DNA of 64,000 nt from contig LSRY02000028.1 of NCBI GenBank assembly GCA_001643675.2, positions 868,001 to 932,000 of the forward strand. Direction: 5' to 3'. The notes under the pieces are model-generated. The model was not told where the DNA came from and made no database searches. It worked only from the letters and a program-made list of their open reading frames with translations. How positions within the stretch are numbered: position 1 is the stretch's first letter; every line of letters starts with the position of its first letter. The DNA is from Monocercomonoides exilis PA203 (Eukaryota > Protista > Preaxostyla). A program made the position numbers and the translations under genes. Shown piece after piece: positions 43,201 to 57,855 of the stretch.

Positions 43201-46200
43201 ATTCATTCACTTCGCCCATTCAAAGGGATGCAATTTCTGCAGAATATAAACAGTCAAGAAGTGTTGGAGAGCTTTCTAGAAATCTGTTGTGTTCACTTGC
43301 TTCCCCAAGCAACGGTCTTGAAAATAAAGCCAACTTTATAAGAACAAACATTATTACTAAACTCATTAAACTCTTGGGACATATCAACCGTTGCATCCAC
43401 GAGAATGCTGATACAAGCTCTGTGTTTCCAAGAAAATATCAGAAAAACCGTGTGGAAAATATCCTTCGTCTTATTCGCGAATTGCTGTTTGCATACGATT
43501 CAACGCTGAACTTTGAGAAGCGAATAAGCTTTTCTCGTTGCGGACCTGTTCCGCATTTTGAAGTTTCTGTAGATGTGAAGAAATACCGAGTCATATCTGT
43601 CAAAGTGAGCCATCTTGTGTGCGTGCAGGAACTGCGCACGAGAATCGCAAAAGAACTGAAACTGACGGACGGAGTTTTCATCCGCTTGTTCATTGGGGAT
43701 AAAGAGATCACACTCCGCCGGGAACTATTGGTGCAGTTGGGAGTCAACGAGTCTACGAAATTTGTGGCATATAGACAAATACCCTACAGCTTGCCCCTTA
43801 TCAATCCACTAACCCATGAGCAAGTTAAACTTTTCTATCCGGAACAACTTGACAGTGTCGTGCCTGTCTTCAATGAAAATGCGAGGGGGCTGTCAACCGA
43901 TCCGCTCAACTTCAAAGAGGCCACATTCTGCGCCAGCGACTTCCAGAGCCATCCATCCGTCATGATGAAGCACAGCCACAGCTTGCTGTTTGAGCTGATG
44001 CCACTCTCTACCCAGATTGCTGCCATTGTGCAGGATCTACTTTGCTACATCCAAGTTTCTGAAGAGGTGACACAGGTGCTGACGGAATGCAACCCTGATA
44101 CAAACTGGGCAGATGTGCTTGGCGTCAACTCGCCTCCAAAGATGGAGTATATAATGAAAATCGTGCTTTCACTTCTGATAAAATCGATAGATACTGTTAT
44201 CGATTCAAACGATGCGTTTGCCAATGAGAATTCTCTTAAAATCGCATCTGAATCAGAACATACGCAACCACCGATTATGCTCACTCTCCATGCACCAAGC
44301 GATGGAAGCTCGTCTGCATCTTCATCCGCATCACAAAAAGTTAAGCAAATCAATCTTCGGTGTTGGCGCATCCGCTTCATTTCTTCAGGTGCTCTCAATG
44401 CGATTGTCAACTACGTGGTCTCGTTTGTTCCGTTTGTGAAGGCACTTCCTCAGCACTCGTCTGACACAACTGCAATAAACGGGCAGCTTTACATTTCACT
44501 TGTATATTCACTCAATGTTCTTTGCATGTTCTTCTTTTGCCAAATTCAAACAACGGATGGACTCAATTCTATGCTTCTAAGAAACGTTCTAGAGTATCCT
44601 GTCAAGTCTTTTGAGCCTCTTCTCTCTTTATGCAACGAACATGCAGCATTTGCTGAGTTTAGCAAGGCGAATTTTTATTTCTTTGCCGAGCTTTTGAGAA
44701 GTACCATCGCAGTCTTGTGCCATCGCCTTCTTCCGTTTCCTCTTGCTATTGAAACCTATGCTTTTTCGCCTTCTGCAAGTTCTTCTTCATCAAATGGTTT
44801 TGACTCTGATATTTCAAAAAATACGGAGTCTGCAAGATTTTTGGAGAAAGTTAAGATATGCACGTCTTCATCGGCAGTTATGTCAGAACCATTCATACAT
44901 CTTCTCCTTTCAACAGAGTATTCTGCATTTGAAGAAAAAATGCGAAACCCAATGACTCTGATGAGCTGCTTCAACAGCACCAGCATTTTGCCATCTGCTC
45001 ATCCTCAGTTTTCATTGCTGGATCAACAATCGCTCGGGGAACATATCGACTTTCCTCTTGGAGGTGATGAACAGGAAAAAAAGTTTGTTGGTTTGGCTAA
45101 TTTTCTTCATTCGTTTTGTCATACATACTGTGACGAGCTTGCACCACTTGTTTCCTGCCCGGCATTTCGCCCATATATTCTGGCGCTTCTTGTAGCTGAA
45201 GATCAGTGGAGCAGACCTGCGAGCGAGTCTATTGCGATGAGCCTTACGACACTAACTTTGTCCGAAAAGAGTGCTTCGACTGAGATATCATCCGGACTTT
45301 TGAATCTTCTTTCTTTATTGCCAATCATTCACAAACACTACCAGAATCAATCTTCTTCATATTTCAATGTACTTACGAGTGCCATTTCATTACAAACAAT
45401 GAGAGAGATGCCATCAAAACTTATGATGAGACTAGCCATTGTTCTTTCGACACTCATAAAGGAATGGAAAAGCATTGATATGCACCAACAGAGATCTGCT
45501 AGCAACGAGGAATATCTTGAAAGGCTCCTTGAATTGCTTATTCATATTATCGAAATCATTGGCTATTCTTCACTTGCAAATGGCAATCTTTATTTGTACG
45601 ATTCTATTGACATTGGAAAATTAGGATCTCGCAAGCCATACGAAATGTTGAAGTTTATCTACAACACAATGCTGATGGGAAGTACACAAATAGATGATTG
45701 CTCTCAAACGCCATCAATTTGCGCATCGAAAATAACTTCTTCCAATTCATCTTCTGCTTCATCATCGGCATCATCTTCTTCCTCTTCCTCTTCAATGATA
45801 TCTGATGTATCACAGAGGCACAGCTCCTTTAAAGATTTGTTGGCTCCATCAAAGCGATGCAATGATCCAAAAACAAGAACAGCTGCATTCACTTTGATTA
45901 CAACTTTGTGTTTATATTCGAAAGAGAATATTCGCACATTTGTTTCTCTGTGTTTTCCTGTAATCCAAAAAGCTCTTACACATCCTGATTTGAGAAACAC
46001 GTTCAAATACAATCTTCCACCGCCACTGCGCTCTTCCTCAGAGTATGTTGGCCTTCAAAACCCAAGCCAAATCTGCTATATGAATTGCTTCCTTCAGCAA
46101 TTGTATATGCATTATCCATTCAGATACTCACTCTTCACTCTCCATCCAAAGCAGGCTTCAACTCCACCAGCAGCAGAAACAAAGGCTTTGCCATCAAATC

Positions 46201-49200
46201 ACAATGAAACAGCTTTAACAGCAAGTGCCACAACAGTTGCCGAACAGAATGCTCAGGTTTGGGATCAACTTCGCTCGCTTTTTGCATCACTGCAGGAGTC
46301 TCACGAAAGCAAAGTGAATATGAAGGATTTTCTCCAGCACTATTATTTATTTGGGAAGCCAATCAATGTGGGGCTTCAAAGAGATGTGTCTGAATTCCAA
46401 GTGGAGTTGTTCGATAAGCTTGAGTCACATCTCTTAGCGTCGCATCTGCCAAATGTTTTGAAGATGTATTTTGAAGGAGAAACCACGAACATATTCCATT
46501 GCTGCCACGGGCATGTTTCAAAGAAGAAAGAAGTGTTTAGCCTTATTTCATGTGATATCAAGCAGAAGGCAGATCTTACAAAGTCGTTAGAGGTGCTTAT
46601 ACAAAAGGAGACACTTGACGGAGACAACAAGTGGGAGTGCACAGAATGCAAAGAGCACGTGAAAGCGACAAAACAGACTGTGTTTTCAAAGCTGCCAAAT
46701 ACGCTGTTCATCCACCTCAAAAGAATAGAGTTTAACGTTACACTTCAGAAGAATGTGAAAATCAATGATCGATTTGAGTTTCCTATTGAAGAACTTGATA
46801 TGACTCCTTATACACTTGATTCAATTATGCAATCTGAAGAACAATATGAATCTTTACCAGCATCTGACAGAGGAGATAATAATAATAATTCTGCTAATCA
46901 GAATTCATCCAAATCTTCTTCGAGTCTTTCATCGCAAGTTGACGCTTTTTCAAAGCAAACTGATGATAACAATGAATCAGCAAATTCATCTACAAAGATG
47001 TCTTATTCAGAATCATCTTCAATGTCTATATCATCAGAATCAACAAGTGAATCTTTTCTTCGCCATCAAATGAATAATGAAGCATTTCCATCTGTCAATT
47101 CTCATGTGAACTCAAACAAATACGTACTTAGTGGAGTTATCGTGCACTCTGGAACCGCTGACGGTGGTCATTACTATTCGCTCATTCGTGAGAGGGTTCC
47201 GCCGCACAACTGGTATCAGTTCAATGATAGTGTTGTCAGTCCATTTGTCCTGAAGGATCTTCCTTCAAAGTGTTTTGGAGGATCTTCATATTTTCTGAGT
47301 GAGATGGAAATCGGCTCGGCCTATATTCTTGTTTATGACCGCATAAATCCTGTTGATGAGTGGGCGACATTTACTGAGGAGACAATGTGGAATGACATCC
47401 AATCAATTAAGGGTGGCATTTCCAAAGAGAAGAATGAGCCAGAACAAGCTTTAGCAAATTCAAGCCAAGCGGCAGTTGAAGCAGCAAGCAGCGAGCAAGT
47501 AATGGCAATGGATGAAGAAGGAGTAGATGAACAAGATTTCGAAAAAGCACTCCAAATGGCCATTGAAGCGAGTCGTCAACAGTCGGAGGAGCAACAGTTA
47601 CCACCGCTAACCAGCCAGCCAACGGTTGAAGAAGAGAGAGCAGCTTTCCACGAAGAGTTTTGCCAAATGATTCAAAATGTGCAAAAGTTTTCATTGATCA
47701 ATGGGCCTATGGACGAGAAGAGCCAACAAGAGTTGATTCCTTTGGAAAATTTGCAGCCTATTATACAAAGAAATTTTGAAGAAGTTTATAAAAGCCATAT
47801 CTTTTCGCTCAAATTTGCACAATCGCTTCATGATGCATATGTCATAGTGAATGCCAAAGAAATAAATCGTAATGCCAGTAATTCTAAAATAGATAAAAAT
47901 GATAATCGCGCTGCTCAAGTAAAGTTTTTCTTGGATCTCGAAGATGCAATGATAAATTCCAAATTCAGTATGGACATGCTCAAAGGAGATGAGCATCTGG
48001 TGAATTTGGCAATGATATGGATTTGGTTGCGCTTTTTATTGCAGGTTCACTCACGAATGGTTGACTGCCCGTTCTTTGGAAAATGGTGCAAAGAACTCGA
48101 AGTTACTTTAACATGTGTTCCAGGTTTGACGCCAGCTCTTCTGATTGTGCTTAGCAATCAGCTTGAAGATGATGTCAATACTATTCGGAACTTGAAAACT
48201 GTCTCATCTGCACCGAAACTATCTTCATTAGTTGGACAAATTATGCAATTAAAGCTTGTGGGAACGCCAAAAACAGAGGTTATGCGCCTTCTGTTTGTAG
48301 CCCTCGGTAACGTTCACTCATCAATGCTTTTCCAAGAGGCATTGAGTATATATGCAAATGCTACTGAACATTATCGCTCGCGCTTTAATGTGCCGGTTGA
48401 GGAAGAAACCGATCTTTATATGAAAAAGATGGCTTCATCCAAGATGGCAATGGAAAAACTGCTCATGTGCTTTTTGAAGAACACTGAAAAAGCGGAGCAA
48501 CTTCGTTCAGCATCCGATTCTGAAAAGATTTCATTCTGCGACAAGGCTGGCGTTAGCCTTATGGATTTAGAGCTTTATTACTCACTTTTTACTGATGATA
48601 AACTCAGCTCAAGTGATTCAGGCGAAGACAAACTTTCTTTTCCAATTGTTCAGAATTCAATCGGGAAAACAGCTGCAGAAAAAAAGCTTAATGAAGAAAT
48701 GAAAGAAGAAATGGAAAGACCCACATCAGCAATCTTCATCCTAAGCCGCTTTTTCCTTTTGCTATTTGAATTACTTCCTGGGCAGCAGCCTTTGTCTGAA
48801 GAATGGATTTCCTTCTTCATTCTTTTAAAGGACTTTGCCCTTCTTTCACCTTTTGCGTCTCTTCTTCTTTCTGCACTTCAGCTTCCATATCGCTGTGCAG
48901 ATTTCTACCTTGCTGCAAGCTCCTATTATCCCTGGTTCTCCAACTTCAAAAAGAAGATCGAACCCAAGGCGATGTCGACATTTATAATTAGAAAAAGTGG
49001 TCATACGGAGCTTGCACAAGCAATGGCTCTGGCGATGTGTGCATGTGCAGCTGGAGTATCGGCTGGCGCGCCAGAGGGATGGATAAATAGAGCAGAGTGT
49101 GTTTGCCGCTTCCTTCAAAGAGAGAATTCTGTGCCTGTCATTACTGCTCAGCTGCAAGATTCAGAATCAATCATGTTTATTGATGATGTGCCAAGCATCA

Positions 49201-50357
49201 TTCCATCTATCGATCAGCCATTTTCAATTGTGCATCCAGCTTCGCTGATTCCGAGAGACTTGTGGTTTTTGTATCTTGCACTTAATGGAAAATGCGAGCG
49301 AATATTATCTGCTGCCATCGGATTTGCATGTCTTCGCTTCCCAGAACACAGCCAAAAATGGATGGAAACCTTGCTCGCAGCAGCGTACAGGATTTGTCCA
49401 TCAAACCCACTTGTCAGTATCTTGTTAGATTTGTTACTCACATTTAGCACAGTTCCATTAACGCAAAAGAATGAAATGGCACAATCAAGTTCAGCGAGAT
49501 ACAAGAATGCTGAAACAATGAGTGATGAAGAGGAGTGGATTCCAGATTATAAGTCAATGTTACCATACCAGTGGTGGGAAAACAGTTACTTGACGAAGAT
49601 TATCAAACTTGAGGAAGCAACAAAGAAATTACCAGAAGCAAAGAAAGCTACTGATTCTTCTTCAACGCTTACTTTGAGGCAAGCGTATCATATTTCCTCG
49701 AAATATTTACCGAATTTAGTGTATTTGCAAGATGTAATGGAATTGCTGCTTTCTCCCACATTTAAGCATTCAAGTCAAAATCCTCTCAGTTTATTAATAA
49801 ATTATTCCAGTTCCAGTTCGATTTTATCAGACAGAATTCTACAATGCCATTCAGAAGAACTGAGCACAGCAGCATCAGAGCATTCAGATCTAGCCGTTCG
49901 AGATATTTGCCGACAGCTTTTGGAGAAGGTCAAAGATCCATCGAATGGAGAGAAGACAGTTGGGGACGTTAGATACATATTGAAGAAGTATTCTTCCGCT
50001 CAGTCATTATTCGAGTCTTTCTTCAGGCTTTCTGTAATCAAAGACGGATTACCATTTGCGATGGTTGCTTCATCTGCGCATAAGGAGCCGTTCACTTTCT
50101 CACCTTCTCTACTTCCGTACGAAGATAGAAAACTAATTACGCAAACCTGGCAAGGAAAAGAAATGTTTCAATTTCCTTCATTAATGTTTGCAGAAACTCC
50201 GTTGTTTAAATTGAAACCTGCTTTGTACAACTCAATTCCTTTGACGAAAGAGGATCTGGACATTTCTTTACAATATAAAGACTTGATAACAAATGAACAG
50301 CATTCAAATACTACATCGCATGAAAGCTTAAAATTGGATTTCGCTTCTTATTCTTAA
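40229..50357 (+). CDS. Large ubiquitin-specific protease (C19; USP9X/USP24/USP34-like), ~3.3k aa, with internal UBL-like segment and a UIM
   Basis: Exons 40229-40238, 40286-40369, 40418-40562, 40616-50357. Cys box GLQNPSQICYMNCFLQQLY, QRDVSEF, WECTECK, LPNTLFIHLKRIEF, His box GVIVHSGTADGGHYYS..WYQFNDS, AYILVY. UIM-like DEQDFEKALQMAIEASRQ. Confidence 0.92.
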
Positions 50358-50968
50358 TTATGTATTCAACTTCAAAAATATTTAAAAAAAGAGAGATAAC
50401 ATCGTTTTCTTTGTTATTGAAAATGAGTTATTTCGATCTGATATATCGCAAAAGCGATTTATTATTCATCAATAAAAGATAGTTATCAACTTAAATTCCA
50501 TTCTATTTAAGATCGAGAACAATAACTATTTTTACATCCTTTACCAAGACTTTTGCAAACTATTTATTACCCAATTATATTTAGTTCGTTTACGAATAAC
50601 TTAATTTTTTCTAGCAATGTTTTGCCATGTGATTACATGCATTTATGCAATTCAAATGCAATTTTATTTCTTTAAAGTTTTATGGTGTATTCTTTCAAAT
50701 GCATTTCACTTTTTTCAATAAGTTGAGGAACTAACTATGAACAGCAATGTTTGCTATTTTTATTAATTGTAAATTGAAATACTTTTAAAATTGAAGAATA
50801 AATAATCGACAAATAAATACAATGAAAAAATCATTAAAATAAACACAAATGAATTGAATCTCAACAAAAAAATGTCAAACGGAGACAAAACTTCAAACCA
50901 GATTAATTAAACAAATACATTTCCAACAAATTGGCAAAATTCTGATATGAACACTCAATGACTGATTC

Positions 50969-53900
50969 TCATTTTTGAATATTCAATTCTTCTCCTTGAA
51001 CAAGTTGGTAAACACAAATCAGTTCGCGAAATGCATTGTTGTCGCCCTCCGTTGCCTTTTTCAGGAGGCTATCAACATACTCAGAGGGACGGAGTTCATT
51101 TAATCTGGACACCACTGCAGCAAGGAGAGTTTCGTGTGCTATTTGATTGTCAACTCTTTGAACAGCTCTGACAATTGCCTGCTTTTCAGCCACTGAAGCC
51201 TTGAAGACAAGAAGCACAATTTCTCGTGTGACACTTTGTATTTGATCTATCAAACTGGCAGGAGGAACAAAATCATCATCATTGCTTTCTGAAGAAGAAG
51301 AAGAAGATTGAGAAGAAGAAGAATCCGTCGAAGCAGTCGATGGATCCAACATCTTTGCAGCTTCGATGCTCTCCATTTTCGACACAGTGATTGATTCAAC
51401 CATCTGTCGTAAAGCACTCAATAGCTCTTCATCAACACGAACAGCTTCAATATAATCTCCACTTTCCGCTAGCAATGAAGCAGTTTGTGCTAATGAAGTC
51501 AACGTGCGAAGGTCTCCAACCCCAAGTATCTTCTTTCTAGAGGCTAGGCATAATTTCGCTGCTTCCAACCCTTGCTGTAACGATCCTTCCTCCTTCAATG
51601 TTTCCGCCAATTCAAACCTAACATCTGCCGCATCCATAGAATTTTCCCCCAGTACAGCTTCTGTGATGCTCAATGCACGCGTAAAGAGTCTGGCTGCCTC
51701 TTTTGCTTCGCCCCTGCGTCTGTATTCACGTGCCATTAGGAGATTGCATCGTGTTGTTAATGGATGATGCGAACCGACAATTTTCGTGCTCAATTCAGCG
51801 GCTCTCTCCAGATGCTGCATAGTCCGTTTGTATTCATGAACAAGTTCGTGCGATTTTGCCAATGCAAGCGCCAGCTCAACAAGAAGAGGATGGCTGGGTC
51901 CAAGATGCCAGATAATGAACACTGAAGCAACGTGCGCACACAGAAGTCCTTCTTCTTTCTTCCCTTGCGCAAATAATACATCAATTAATCCAATGAGTAT
52001 CTGTGCGTTTTCTCCATGATAAACAGCTGGCGATGCTCCAAGGGCTGCCTTCATGTACATCTCTGCAACTCCATCCCTACCAGCAGCGTGATGCACTTTT
52101 CCGATCTGAAGCAAAGCTTTTGAGACAGGACGGCTCGGTATTCCGCAGCTAGATCGTGCAATGTCCAGCATTCTGTTGAGAATTTGAAGAGAATCGTTGT
52201 AATTGCCTGTTTTTGCCAAAATGGTTCCGCATTCAGAGAGTCTTCGCAGAAGGAAAGTGAAATATGGAGGAGTTTTTATTTTCGATTGGAACTTCTCAAA
52301 ATCGTCCCACGAAATGGGACGAACTTTGGACCTCCGAACACAAAGCCAGCCTTCAGTGGGAATCTCGTTTGAGAGCGTGTTCTGTATATAAGATTTGACA
52401 GCAATTACAAAAGGAGGATAGATGAGTGGCGGATGAAGGATGTCAAGCCCTTCGCGCGGAGCGATCTTCAAGTACTGCGGATGGATGGCGAGCGTGCATG
52501 AGAGAGAAAGCTGAGCAGATGGAATGGCAGATTTGGGAAATATTTGGCTTTCTTTTGTGAGAGGTTGCGGAAGCAAAGAAGGTGATATTGAAAACGTTGC
52601 AATGGTGTTTGTTCCGACAAGAGAAGAGGAAGGAGAAGGTGATGTTATGGATGCTGTGGATGGAGAAAAAGGAGAAATGGCTGTTTGTGGTGTAGCGGCT
52701 GTAGAATATGAGAGAGGAGAAGATGAAACAGAAGACATCGAGTTTAGCATTGACGAAGTGGATGAGTATGCTGACGATTCAAACTCTCCTTCTGCCGATG
52801 CAACAAGAAGTGGATAGAGATCACTTTCTCTGAAAGTTATTCCCGTCAAGCGCTGCATTTCCATAAACAGTGAAGGTCTGTGAAACGTCCCCTGAGGAGA
52901 CAAAACGTAACCATAATCCCGTTCGACAGAAGGTGCTATTACACATGCCCAAAACCAGCTCGATTCAGCAGCAGTTCCCAACGTCAGATTGAATACATCG
53001 ACAGATATTTCCATCATCCGGCGGGAGATGCTGCTTCCATTCTTGGGTATTGGAAGGTCATTCTGGAGAAGAAATGGGATGTAGTTCAAAGGATCTACAG
53101 CATAGTCCTCGGGGATTTGGCAGAGGAATGACTGAAAAGCAGACTTGTACATATTCACTCGATCCATAGAACTGAAATATCGGCGGTGGGGCATTTCGCT
53201 AAACGGGTTTTCAGCCAAAGAAATCCGTTCCTTTGTAAAAATAAACCGCAGAAGGCGAGCAAAGACACGCGACACCATCTCCACTTCGCAGAGCGACCGG
53301 ATGTGCGGCAGCTGCGTCATCTGCGCCAGACGACCGAGTAAAGAAAGAGGAAGACCAGCAGCATGAAGCTCATCCACAAGCTGCTCGAAGCAGCAAGGCC
53401 AAATGTGCATTGTGTCAATGGCTTGTGAAAATGCCGTTAGGCGCTCCTCAATCAGAGACTTGGATGCATCAGAAACTTCAGCTGCGTTTGCTAGCGTATC
53501 AGGAAGAAGAGGAATATGAAGGTGTAAATCAGAATTAACTGATAGTGGTTGAATCGAAGAAGAACTGCTGGATGACGATGATGCAGATGAAGACCCCGAT
53601 GCAGGAGAGCTCATGATAGAAGTGTTTGTAGATGAACTTGAAGAATGCGAAGAAGAAAGAGATTGCGGTGTAATGGGTTGAGGGGGAGGAGGAAGGATAT
53701 TAACAACGCAGGCCATGTTTGGAGGAGGATGTGTTGTGGATGTAACAATAAGCTGAGAAGGTGCAGAATTTGCAGCTGATGAAGAAGTTGGAGGATTAGG
53801 AACAGAATCAACAATTGCACTCAGTCTATGTCCAAATGGATTGGTTGGAACATCAGGCGAAACTGGACTTCCAAGTGATAAAAGATGCTCCACACGAAAC

Positions 53901-56611
53901 TGAGACAAAGCCTTAATTGGCAAAGGAGTTTTTGAAGCAAGAAAAGACGGTGGCAGAAAAGCAAACAGTGACAGCTCTTTTATTTGAGAAGGAAGAGCAA
54001 TAGATAGTGGCACAGATTGCGGAGGCTGCACAGCAAGCGGACCGCTCAAAAGAGGTGGCAGAAGGCTGTAGTGATTGTATGAGTACAAACGCTCATCACT
54101 TCCGCGAAGAATAATAAATGAGTGAGGAAGAGCAATTTCTGTATCAATGAACTGTTGCTGTGGTTGTGTTGCAGAAGAACTCTGAGTCGATGCAGCAGCG
54201 CCATTCCTAATCGGTCTTTGCCTTTGACTTCTTTTTCGTTCGTTATTATTGCCTTCTCTTCTCTCACCCCCGTCCTCATCCTCATCCTCATCATCATCAT
54301 CATCATCATCATCATCTTCTTCTTCTTCCTCTTCTTCCTCCTCCTCGTCATCTTCATCTTCCATCATATTCTTGGCCTTCTTACATTGCAAGTGCAAGTG
54401 ATCCTTCAAATTCCATAGAGAACCGATTGCATTCAACTTCGATTTCAACGAGGCCATCACAAAATCATGCTCAACAGACAAAGCACAGTTGGTTTCATCA
54501 ATTTTTGGTCCAAAAAGAGGATTCTCTTCTTGAAGCTGCGGAACGGGAATTGATGCTTCAGCATAAATGCGCATGCCCATATAGTCCACAGTGCAGCAAA
54601 GAGGGATGCGAACAAATCTACCTGCTGCTGGAGAAGCAGCAGATGAATAGCTTTGCTCTTGAATGTCTGAATCCGCGCTCATTCTTCCTCTTGTGGCTCC
54701 ATCAGAATCAGAGTCAGGTTCTGACTGTTCGTTAAAATCGTCTAAAAACCCCGACTGAGCTCCTTTTAAAGTCACTGAAATATGTTCATTCGTGGATGTC
54801 TGAAGAAAGCTTATAAGTCCCATTGCTTTCATTTCTCTTGTTGCTTCAGTTCGTGTTATATCTTCGCTCCAGAACGAACCGTAGCAATCTCGTGACTCGA
54901 GTGGTGGCTTCGATGAATGGGCAGCGCACAGGCGCAAGCGAATACCGTTCCGCACCATGTGAGTTGGTGGAAGTTGCGCAGGATCTAATGGTTGAGATCT
55001 GAACGAGGTCTGAGACGAACCTTCAGAAGGCACGGAATGGTTTTGGCAGTCTGACCGAATAAACGGAATCCCCCTTCGTTGGATAAAGTTTGTGATCATG
55101 GAAATGGCGGCTTTCCGAGCTTCTCCAACAAACTAGAATCAAAAACATGTGAAAGGCGTGGTAAATTATATTCATTTGCATTTTAAATTCAGAACGTTAT
55201 TATGACAAAAAGTTAAAATAGGAGCGAAAATTCAACAAAAATAACACACTTGGCCCACAATCTTTGCACGTTCAACCTCAAAAAGAAGCCGGTGAGTATT
55301 GACTCCTCTTTCATGCATCATCCATCGAGTGAACCTGGACATATTCTTAAGCCAATCAGATGCAGAAACAAATTCATTGTTGATGTCGTGCTGTTTGTTT
55401 GCTTCAGAAGATTCGCTTCCTTTCTCATCGTTTCCGGATCCTTCCCGCTCTTCTCCTCCGGACTCTTTTTCTCTATTATCTTGCTCTTTTTTATGTGCAA
55501 CAGCATGAAAAGTTGATTTCTCTGCTTTTTTAGCACCGTCACCTTTGACTTTTTTGGATGAAATGCCATCAACAAGATTTTGAAACAGCTCGTTCCATTT
55601 CATTTGAGAAAAATCAACGCTTTCTGGTTCTTCTTCTTCTTCGGCTCCTGTTATCAATCGTTGCTCCAAGAATCGTTGTTTTCTCAATTCTTTATTATCG
55701 CCTATTGCCTTTTCAGCACCCAAGACCTGGGAATGCCAAGGTGATGAATCTACAATTCTGAAAAGTAAATTTCCTCTTGGTAGTTTAAATAAAGAAAATA
55801 ATGGATATGTTTCGTGAACAAGAGTTTTATCTCCCTTGGCATGCGAATCAGGAAGATGTTGAGCATCAATTGAAGTGATTGTGCTAAGTGACGTTATTGA
55901 TGGTATTTCTGGAGTTGCTTGTGAGGCTTTTATTGAAACCTTTGTATTCTCTATCATAGACATCCTAATTATTGCACATTTTTTCAAAAAAAGAAACAAA
56001 ACACGCAATTTTTACCAAACCCTTCAGTTTGAATTATATTTAGTAAATTGCTCGAAATTGAAGAACCTACGGGTCGCTGAATTGCTTCAACGCAATCCTA
56101 CAAACAAACATTATAAGAAACAAAGAAAGCGTATTGTTAAGAAAACTCTTTAAGTTCTAATTTAATGATCATATACAAAATTTCGCATTTTCAATGCACT
56201 AATCCAATCAGCACGCTCTGCAGCAGAAATACAATGGAAAGTTAGTATCTTTGCAGGCGTCTTAATTTTTACGTCAAATACGTTATTCCTATCGAATTGA
56301 TTGCTAATAACAGGAATAATTTCAGAGCCTGTCAAATCATATATTCGTGGTTTTTTCGTTGAATTTGGAGTTTCTATGATTATTGATTTTTTGGTTAATT
56401 GCACAAATCGTTGATTCCATTTTTTAAAAATTCCACGAGATCGTTTGAACAAAGTTCCAGCAAAAAGAGGAAGATCATCATCTTAAATTAATTTCGAATG
56501 ATTAAACATATTAAAATATTTAAAAGTTGTATCATTTAGTGTATTTTTTGAATTTTGATAGTTGATAAAATACACACTGTCAGTAACCTCGGATTTCTTT
56601 TGTTGTTGCAT
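50969..56611 (-). CDS. PH domain + CLU (clustered-mitochondria/CLUH-like) domain + CLU-central + kinesin-light-chain-like TPR protein
   Basis: Exons 56611-56578, 56481-56177, 56097-56021, 55964-55250, 55132-50969. PH: GTLFKR..WNQRFVQL..ERADWISAL. CLU: WNELFQ, FVGEARKAAISMI, PLCCTVDYMGMRIYAEASIP, RGSDERLY. Central: LVDELHAAGLPLSLLG, EMVSRVF. TPRs: LGPSHP, VGSHHP, LGENS. Confidence 0.85.
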
Positions 56612-57101
56612 TTGTGTTAGTTCAAATGATCAAATTGAAGATCAAATTTCTCATAATTTTTTTATTATAAATTAATTTGAATTGAAAACAACTTTTGTTT
56701 GAATGGTCTATTCTTTCCTGAGGTTTTTGTTACATTTAATTCCATCATTTTTTCACAATGATCTGACGAAAATACAAAAAATTTTGTGAAATACTTCAAA
56801 TAATACACATTTAAACATAAAAAATTATATATGAAAGATAAAGTGTGCCAATAAAATAAAAGAGAAACAGGAAGGAAAATGGACATATAACATTTTATAA
56901 AAAAAATGGTACAGATAAAATTCGATGCCTTGATAAAACAATAACCCCTATATTTTGAACCGAAAAATTTTAATAAAAAATAAATAAAAACCTAATTCAA
57001 GAAAATCAATGACACATACAAACTCAGAATATTTATCTACATATAGAATCTCTTTTTTAAAATTGATACAATTTTCTTCGCGCATAACTTTCTCCAAGAA
57101 C

Positions 57102-57105
<4 letters not shown>

Positions 57106-57169
<64 letters not shown>

Positions 57170-57212
57170 TAGAATAGAATAGAACAGAATAGAATGGAAA
57201 AGAATGGAAAAG
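57106..57212. repeat. Compound simple repeat: poly-A, (GA)n, (AGAAT)n
   Basis: An A run of about 33 nt followed by GA dinucleotides and AGAAT units. Confidence 0.85.
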
Positions 57213-57855
57213 AAAAACAAATTATTAAATGGAATCAAGAAAAATAATAGAAAAAAATTTCAAAAAAAAGGTATTTTTGAATTGTCGAAAAATATTTACA
57301 AAATTAAAGCTTTAAAAAGAATTGAAACAAAAAACTTTGAACACAATGACTTTTAGCGAAATGGAAAAATTTTTGAAACAAAACAAACATAATCACAATA
57401 AATGAAACGTTCCTTTTTATTAGGTGTATCTCATCGTTTGTGGGAGAGAATAAGATAATCAGCAACTTTTCTTTCCGAAGTGATAATGCGTTTGTAAAAA
57501 GAAACATTTCAAAAACGAATTCAAAATATTGTTTTTGTTTCAGCACCATTTACATAAAATATTGAAAGAGTAATGCATACATAAAGCAATCTATTTCCGT
57601 AAATGGTCTGTAAATACACATAACCGAAGATACTAGAATTATCTGGAAGAAACCTTCATATACATCCGTTTTCTTTTTCTTTTTCGATTTCTTCTTCATT
57701 TTAACTTCGTTTCTGAGATGCTTCCAAAGCGATGAAATTGCTCGAACTTGATTTTATTCTTATCGAGATTGAGATGATCAATCACAATTCTGAACCACAA
57801 TTATTTCTTTATTTTCTTGATTCAAGGAAGCAGCAGAAGAATAAATGTCGGATGA

